From assembly GCA_963663385.2 (NCBI GenBank), contig CAXXXD010000001.1:64001-128000 (forward strand): a stretch of 64,000 nt of DNA. The letters run 5' to 3'. This DNA is from Oceanispirochaeta sp. Lineage in GTDB: Bacteria > Spirochaetota > Spirochaetia > DSM-2461. Each line of letters starts with the position of its first letter. Within the stretch, counting starts at the first letter, position 1. This document shows positions 58,451 through 64,000 of this stretch, piece after piece. A program made the position numbers and the translations under genes. Below the pieces are notes generated by a model that saw only the letters and a list, made by a program, of their open reading frames with translations, did not search any database and was not told the origin of the DNA.

Positions 58451-59638
58451 TTGAAAAAAGATGATTTTAAATTCGACACCCTTTCCATACATGCCGGAGG
58501 TAAGCACAGGAATCCCGAAAACGCTCTCAATCCTCCGATTTTTCAGACATCCACCTTTGTATTCGAAAGTACGGACCATGTGGATGATGTTATGTCCTTC
58601 AAGAGCGATGACTATGTTTACACAAGGGGAAACAACCCGACATTGAGGCTCCTGGAACAGAGAATGGCCGTTCTGGAAAACGGCAGCTCCGCAGTTGCCT
58701 TTGCTTCGGGGATGGCGGCTATCAGCTCCGTTCTCTTCTCTCTCACAAAACCCGGTGATAATATTCTGGTTCACAAGACTCTCTACGGTTCGTCCTACAA
58801 TGTGGTGACCTCACTGCTTCCCAAATACAATGTTACCAGCCGGATCCACGATCTGTCCAATACAGAAAATCTGGGAGATGCCGTTGATGAGAACACAAAA
58901 GTTATCTATTTTGAAACCCCCAGCAATCCCAATCTTTCCATTATTGATATTGAAAAAATCACCTCCTTTGCCAAAGGAAGAGGTATAAAAGTCGTTATAG
59001 ATAATACATTTGCCACCCCCTACTTTCAGCGGCCCCTGGAAATGGGCGTCGATGTGGTGGTTCACTCGGCTACAAAGTACATCTGCGGCCACGGCGATGT
59101 GGTAGCCGGCATTGCGGTTGCCAGGGATGATAAATACATTCAGACTCTGAAGTTCGATTATATGTGCGAGTTCGGCGGCGTCATGAGCCCCTTCAACGCC
59201 TGGCTCCTCCTGAGAGGCCTCAAAACCCTGGGAGTCAGAATGAGACAGCACGAACAGAATGCCATGGCAATAGCCCGCTACCTGGAAAAACATCCCAAGG
59301 TTACCTCCGTTCTGTATCCGGGACTGGAGTCTTTCCCGGGTCACAAAGTAGCCGCCAGGCAGATGAGCGGGTTCGGCGCCATGATCAGTTTCGAGGTGGA
59401 CGGCGGTCTGGATAAGGCTAAAAAAGTTGTCAACAGCGTCAAACTGGCCCAGCTGGCTGTAAGCCTGGGAGACTGTGAAACCCTGATCGAACTGCCCGCA
59501 GCCATGACCCACAGGGGCTATGATAAAGCCAAACTGGCGGAATTCGGCCTGACAGAGAGTATGGTCAGGATCTCTGCCGGACTGGAAGACGTGGAAGATC
59601 TCATCAAAGATATCGATCAGGCCCTGGCGCAGATCTGA
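58451..59638 (+). CDS. PLP-dependent Cys/Met metabolism enzyme, methionine gamma-lyase-like
   Basis: PIFQTSTF, YTRGNNPT, SGMAAI, ETPSNP, DNTFATP, HSATKY (PLP Lys) and AVSLGDCETLI..PAAMTH motifs. Confidence 0.82.
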   Translation: MKKDDFKFDTLSIHAGGKHRNPENALNPPIFQTSTFVFESTDHVDDVMSFKSDDYVYTRGNNPTLRLLEQRMAVLENGSSAVAFASGMAAISSVLFSLTKPGDNILVHKTLYGSSYNVVTSLLPKYNVTSRIHDLSNTENLGDAVDENTKVIYFETPSNPNLSIIDIEKITSFAKGRGIKVVIDNTFATPYFQRPLEMGVDVVVHSATKYICGHGDVVAGIAVARDDKYIQTLKFDYMCEFGGVMSPFNAWLLLRGLKTLGVRMRQHEQNAMAIARYLEKHPKVTSVLYPGLESFPGHKVAARQMSGFGAMISFEVDGGLDKAKKVVNSVKLAQLAVSLGDCETLIELPAAMTHRGYDKAKLAEFGLTESMVRISAGLEDVEDLIKDIDQALAQI

Positions 59639-59732
59639 CAAACAGATATTCATCCGGTACGGCAGTATCCCGTTCCGGATACCCCCCGCTGCAGTCAACC
59701 GGCGGCAGTATTGATCACCATGGAGGAATATA

Positions 59733-61031
59733 GTGAAAATTCTGATACAGGGAGGACAAATCCTGACAATGGCTCAGGATGAACCCGAAATACTACAGAC
59801 GGATATCGGTATCGACAACGACAGGATTGCCTTTATCGGCGCTCCTTCAGCCGGATTCAAAGCAGACAAAACAATAGATGCCTCGGACACCCTGATAATG
59901 CCCGGTCTCGTAAATGCCCATACGCATATATCCATGTCCCTTCTGCGCAGCTACGCCGATGATCTTCCCTTCTGGGAATGGCTCTTTGAAAGAATTATGC
60001 CCGTTGAAGAGAACATGACCTCCGAATTTGCCTACAACGGGGCCCGTCTGAGCCTGATTGAGATGATAAAGAGCGGAACCACCACCTTTGCTGACATGTA
60101 TTTTTTTATGGACAGGGTCGCCCAGGCGGTGGAAGAGAGCGGTGTCAGAGCCAATCTGTCGCGGGGCGCGACTTTCATCAATGGCGACAGCGACCTGGAT
60201 AAACTGGATGAATCCGAAGAGTTTTTTACTAAGTGGAACGGCAGAGCCGATGGCCGTATTAAAGTGGATATTGCCCCGCACGCCCCCTATACCTGCCCTC
60301 CCAAATACATAAAACTCTGCGGAGAACTGGCCCGGAAGCTGGGAACCAACATTCATATCCACCTGTCCGAAAGCCGCAAGGAGGTTGAGGACAGCAGAAA
60401 GGAACACGGGAAATCGCCCATTCAGCATGTGCATGATCTGGGACTTTTTGATTCCCGTACCTATGCGGCCCACTGTGTCCATATTTCCGAAGACGATATA
60501 AAAATCATGGCGGAAAAGGGTGTTACAGCAGTAAACAATCCCACAAGCAACTTCAAACTGGCCAATGGATTCGCCCCTGTGACAAAACTCCTTGAAGCAG
60601 GTGTGAATGTGGCTCTCGGAACAGACGGTCCCGGCTGCAATAACAACACCAATATGTTTGAAGAGATTAACCTGGCGGCTCTGGCCAACAAGGCTGTCGA
60701 GGAAAATCCAACAGTAGTTCCGGCTTATACAGCTCTTAAAATGGCCACTGTTAACGGAGCGAAGGCTTTAGGACTGGAGGATGAAATCGGTACTCTGGAA
60801 AAGGGAAAGAAAGCCGATATGATACTGATTGACCTGAAAAAGGCTCATTTCTATCCCCGGTATAACCTGATATCCTCCCTGGTTTATTCTGCACAGGGAT
60901 CAGATGTAAAAACGGTACTCTGTAACGGCAGGATTCTTATGGAAGATTACAAACTGCTTACTCTGGATGAAGAAACAGTATTCAGGGAAGCAGAAATATC
61001 AGCCCGTAAAATGACAGGAGAGATGGCATGA
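59733..61031 (+). CDS. mtaD: 5'-methylthioadenosine/S-adenosylhomocysteine deaminase
   Basis: PGLVNAHTH, APHAPYT, HIHLSES, AHCVH and GTDG motifs; adjacent to the phosphorylase. Confidence 0.85.
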   Translation: MKILIQGGQILTMAQDEPEILQTDIGIDNDRIAFIGAPSAGFKADKTIDASDTLIMPGLVNAHTHISMSLLRSYADDLPFWEWLFERIMPVEENMTSEFAYNGARLSLIEMIKSGTTTFADMYFFMDRVAQAVEESGVRANLSRGATFINGDSDLDKLDESEEFFTKWNGRADGRIKVDIAPHAPYTCPPKYIKLCGELARKLGTNIHIHLSESRKEVEDSRKEHGKSPIQHVHDLGLFDSRTYAAHCVHISEDDIKIMAEKGVTAVNNPTSNFKLANGFAPVTKLLEAGVNVALGTDGPGCNNNTNMFEEINLAALANKAVEENPTVVPAYTALKMATVNGAKALGLEDEIGTLEKGKKADMILIDLKKAHFYPRYNLISSLVYSAQGSDVKTVLCNGRILMEDYKLLTLDEETVFREAEISARKMTGEMA

Positions 61032-61795
61032 GAAAAGCAATAATCGGCGGAACCGGAGTTTATGATACCCCGGGAATGACCCGCACAGAAACAGTTAATA
61101 CCAAATACGGTAATGTTGAGGTGGATATTGTAAAATGGGAGAATGAGGAAATTGTCTTTCTGGCAAGACACGGAAAAGGCCATTCGGTCCCCCCCCATCT
61201 GATCAACTACAGAGCCAATATGATGGCGCTCAAACAGCTGGATGTCAGTCATATCTATGCAACCTGTGCCGTAGGTTCCTGCAACAGAAACTATGCCCCC
61301 GGAGATACTGTGATTATCAGAGATTTTCTGGATTTCACCAAAATCCGCCCGGTAACGTTTTTTGACGGAGAAGAAGGTGTCAAGCATACCGATATGTCAG
61401 ATCCCTACTGTAAAAACCTGAGGGCCCTATACAGCAGGGAGGCCGCTAAAGAGGGCATTGAGATCAAGGGGGATGCCGTATACGTCTGCACCGAAGGACC
61501 CCGGTTTGAAACAGCCGCCGAAATCAGAATGTATGAAAAGATGGGCGGGGATGTTGTGGGAATGACCAATGTTCCGGAAGTGCAGCTGGCCAAGGAGCTG
61601 GGGATATGCTATGCCGCCGTAGGGCTGATTACAAACTGGTGTACCGGCTTCGTGAGCGATGACATTGTGATCCATGACATTATGGCAACCATGGCAGCCA
61701 ACAAGGATGCCATTACAAAGCTTTTTCTGTCTATTCTCTCAAATGATCCGAAGCGGGATAAATGCAGCTGTCGGAATGCCGTTATGGATATGTAA
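61028..61795 (+). CDS. mtnP: MTAP-family phosphorylase, likely S-methyl-5'-thioinosine phosphorylase
   Basis: IIGGTG, ARHG, NYRAN, EGPRFETAAE and VVGMT motifs; LITN in place of TDYD. Confidence 0.88.
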   Translation: MRKAIIGGTGVYDTPGMTRTETVNTKYGNVEVDIVKWENEEIVFLARHGKGHSVPPHLINYRANMMALKQLDVSHIYATCAVGSCNRNYAPGDTVIIRDFLDFTKIRPVTFFDGEEGVKHTDMSDPYCKNLRALYSREAAKEGIEIKGDAVYVCTEGPRFETAAEIRMYEKMGGDVVGMTNVPEVQLAKELGICYAAVGLITNWCTGFVSDDIVIHDIMATMAANKDAITKLFLSILSNDPKRDKCSCRNAVMDM

Positions 61796-62044
61796 CACCC
61801 CCCTGAAGATCCCCGGGGCATTCAGATCAACCAGGATCGGTTTCGAATGCTTTGGGGATTGGAATGACTGTTAAGTATTTATCGGAATAACAGAAGATAA
61901 ATACATACAAAAAAAGACATTTAATGTAAATAAATTAGAACAAAATCTTCTTATTCATGAATATTTATGTATAATATTGATGATATAGTCATTTTTGAGA
62001 TTATTGCGATAATCGATTATACTAACTGGTAAGGAGATTTATCC

Positions 62045-63235
62045 ATGAGCAGAGAACTCATCCGTCATCTATCAAGTGAACTGGCGGCCCTTCATGAACA
62101 GGGTCTGTATAAATCCGAACGGATTATCACAACGCCTCAGCAGGCGGATATTAAAGTAAAAGACGGCGGAGAAGTCCTGAACTTCTGCGCGAATAACTAC
62201 CTGGGGCTGTCGAATAATCCCGAGTTGATAAAAGCGGCCCAGAAGTCATTGGAAGAGTACGGCTACGGCCTGTCCTCTGTTCGGTTTATTTGCGGAACCC
62301 AGACCATCCATAAGGAACTGGAAGCCAGGATCAGCTCTTTTCTGGGAACGGAGGATACCATACTCTACTCCTCCTGCTTCGATGCCAACGGCGGTCTGTT
62401 TGAAACCCTGCTGGGTCCGGAAGACGCCATAATCAGCGATGCCCTTAACCATGCCAGTATCATCGACGGCGTCAGGCTCTGTAAAGCCCGGCGTTTCCGC
62501 TACGCCAATAACGATATGACCGAACTGGAAACCAGACTGAAAGAAGCCCGTACAGCCCGTTTCCGCCTGATTGCCACAGACGGCGTGTTCTCCATGGACG
62601 GCACAATAGCCAACCTGAAAGCCATCTGCGATCTGGCAGACAAATATGACGCCCTGGTTATGGTGGACGACTCTCATGCCGTCGGGTTTATGGGAGAAAC
62701 CGGCGCGGGAACCCCCGAGTTCTGCGGAGTGAAAGACCGGGTGGATATTATCACCGGAACCCTGGGCAAAGCTTTGGGCGGAGCCTCGGGAGGATACACG
62801 TCCGGAAAAAAAGAGATCATCAGCTGGCTCAGACAGCGCTCAAGACCATATCTGTTCTCAAACTCTCTGGCTCCTGTCATGACAGCCACGGCTATCCGCA
62901 CCCTGGAACTGCTCCAGGAATCAAGCGAACAGAGGGACCGGCTGTTCTCTCACACCCGTCTGTTCCGCCGTTCCCTGAAAGAAGCCGGGTTCAATATTGT
63001 GGAAGGAGAACACCCTATCGTTCCCCTGATGCTGGGAGACGCGGCTCTGGCTGTAAAAATGGCGGGGATTCTCCTGAACAAGGGAATCTATGCCATCGGA
63101 TTCTCCTACCCGGTGGTCCCCATGGGAGCCGCCCGTATCCGTTTCCAGATGTCCGCAGGCCATACGGAGGAGCAGGTAAAATATGCCATTGAAAAGATTA
63201 TCGAAACCGGGAAGGATCTGGAGATAATAAAATGA
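62045..63235 (+). CDS. kbl: Glycine C-acetyltransferase (2-amino-3-ketobutyrate CoA ligase)
   Basis: [32 protein letters not shown] and [12 protein letters not shown] motifs. Confidence 0.95.
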   Translation: MSRELIRHLSSELAALHEQGLYKSERIITTPQQADIKVKDGGEVLNFCANNYLGLSNNPELIKAAQKSLEEYGYGLSSVRFICGTQTIHKELEARISSFLGTEDTILYSSCFDANGGLFETLLGPEDAIISDALNHASIIDGVRLCKARRFRYANNDMTELETRLKEARTARFRLIATDGVFSMDGTIANLKAICDLADKYDALVMVDDSHAVGFMGETGAGTPEFCGVKDRVDIITGTLGKALGGASGGYTSGKKEIISWLRQRSRPYLFSNSLAPVMTATAIRTLELLQESSEQRDRLFSHTRLFRRSLKEAGFNIVEGEHPIVPLMLGDAALAVKMAGILLNKGIYAIGFSYPVVPMGAARIRFQMSAGHTEEQVKYAIEKIIETGKDLEIIK

Positions 63236-64000
63236 AAGCACTGTCCAAACTGAAAAAAGAAGAAGGCCTCTGGATGATAGACGCTCCCGAACCGGAGTAC
63301 GGTCCCAATGACCTTCTTATTAAAATCAAGATTACCGCCATTTGCGGTACGGATGTTCACATCTACAACTGGGACCACTGGTCACAGCAGACAATCCCTG
63401 TTCCCATGATTACCGGTCATGAGTTTGTGGGAACCGTTGAAGCCATGGGAAGCGAAGTGGCCGGATTCAAAATCGGCGACCGGGTTTCCGGCGAAGGCCA
63501 TATTACCTGCGGTCACTGCCGGAACTGCCGGGCCGGAAAGCGGCACCTCTGCCGTAATACGGAAGGAATCGGGGTAAACAGACAGGGCTGCTTTGCGGAG
63601 TACCTGGTTATGCCCGCCTACAATGCCTTCAAGCTGGATGATTTTATCTCCGACGAAACAGCGGCCATTTTTGATCCCTTCGGCAACGCCGTTCATACGG
63701 CCCTCTCCTTTGACCTTGTGGGAGAGGATGTGCTGATCACCGGAGCCGGTCCCATCGGGATAATGGCGGCATCCGTTGCCAGACATGCCGGAGCCCGTTA
63801 TGTCATTATTACGGACGTAAATGAATACCGTCTGAACCTGGCCCGTCAGATGGGCGCTACCCGGGCTGTCAACATACAGACAGACAAACTGGAAGATGTA
63901 ATGAGCGAGCTTCATATGCTGGAAGGTTTTGATGTGGGACTGGAAATGTCCGGGAATGTCCGGGCTCAGCATCAGATGTTCAGGATGATGAATAACGGCG
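63232..64000 (+). CDS. tdh: L-threonine 3-dehydrogenase, truncated by the window end
   Basis: Manual translation: [15 protein letters not shown]...[13 protein letters not shown]...GHEFVG...[17 protein letters not shown]...[14 protein letters not shown] overlap with kbl. Confidence 0.95.
   Translation, partial: MKALSKLKKEEGLWMIDAPEPEYGPNDLLIKIKITAICGTDVHIYNWDHWSQQTIPVPMITGHEFVGTVEAMGSEVAGFKIGDRVSGEGHITCGHCRNCRAGKRHLCRNTEGIGVNRQGCFAEYLVMPAYNAFKLDDFISDETAAIFDPFGNAVHTALSFDLVGEDVLITGAGPIGIMAASVARHAGARYVIITDVNEYRLNLARQMGATRAVNIQTDKLEDVMSELHMLEGFDVGLEMSGNVRAQHQMFRMMNNG

Noticed and set aside
61808..61860. Long imperfect hairpin after mtnP considered as an sRNA
   Set aside because: More simply an operon-end stem-loop; no further support. 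The same applies to the intra-operon hairpins near 45581-45616, 58355-58386 and 59651-59680.

Overview
Bacterial chromosomal window, probably from a free-living anaerobic spirochaete (Oceanispirochaeta/Spirochaeta-like). This assignment is an inference from the 'FA.GQ.E'-type binding-protein N-termini, the FliL-like and lipoprotein genes, and the presence of an outer-membrane receptor. About 55 CDS are supported. I found no rRNA, tRNA, CRISPR array, transposase, integrase or phage genes. Main blocks: (1) a ribbon-helix-helix (RHH)-like gene with a clear promoter/operator, upstream of a 1417-aa fused CoA-activase/DUF2229 protein with plasmalogen-synthase (PlsA/R-like) architecture; (2) a regulator-DUF3100-membrane protein-M20 amidohydrolase cassette bracketed by a duplicated 33-bp terminator; (3) a sugar ABC transporter with a three-component sensor; (4) the methanogen-type homocysteine trio DUF39/NIL-ferredoxin/UPF0280; (5) a vitamin B12 locus with two back-to-back cobalamin riboswitches driving btuFCD-cbiZ and a Bacteroidetes-like surface-capture operon (orphan lipoprotein, BtuH-like, BtuB-like, BtuG-like), followed by TonB and DUF1007/NiCoT; (6) an atypical ClC protein; (7) GH1 and ROK/ABC/sulfatase sugar loci; (8) an MTA/5'-deoxyadenosine 'DHAP-shunt' locus that appears to run via inosine intermediates, with an ECF transporter and a Met-gamma-lyase-like enzyme; (9) kbl-tdh. 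A dispersed GC-rich REP-like hairpin family with a compensatory base change and several apparently leaderless genes are also visible. All protein-family calls come from motif recognition, not database searches.
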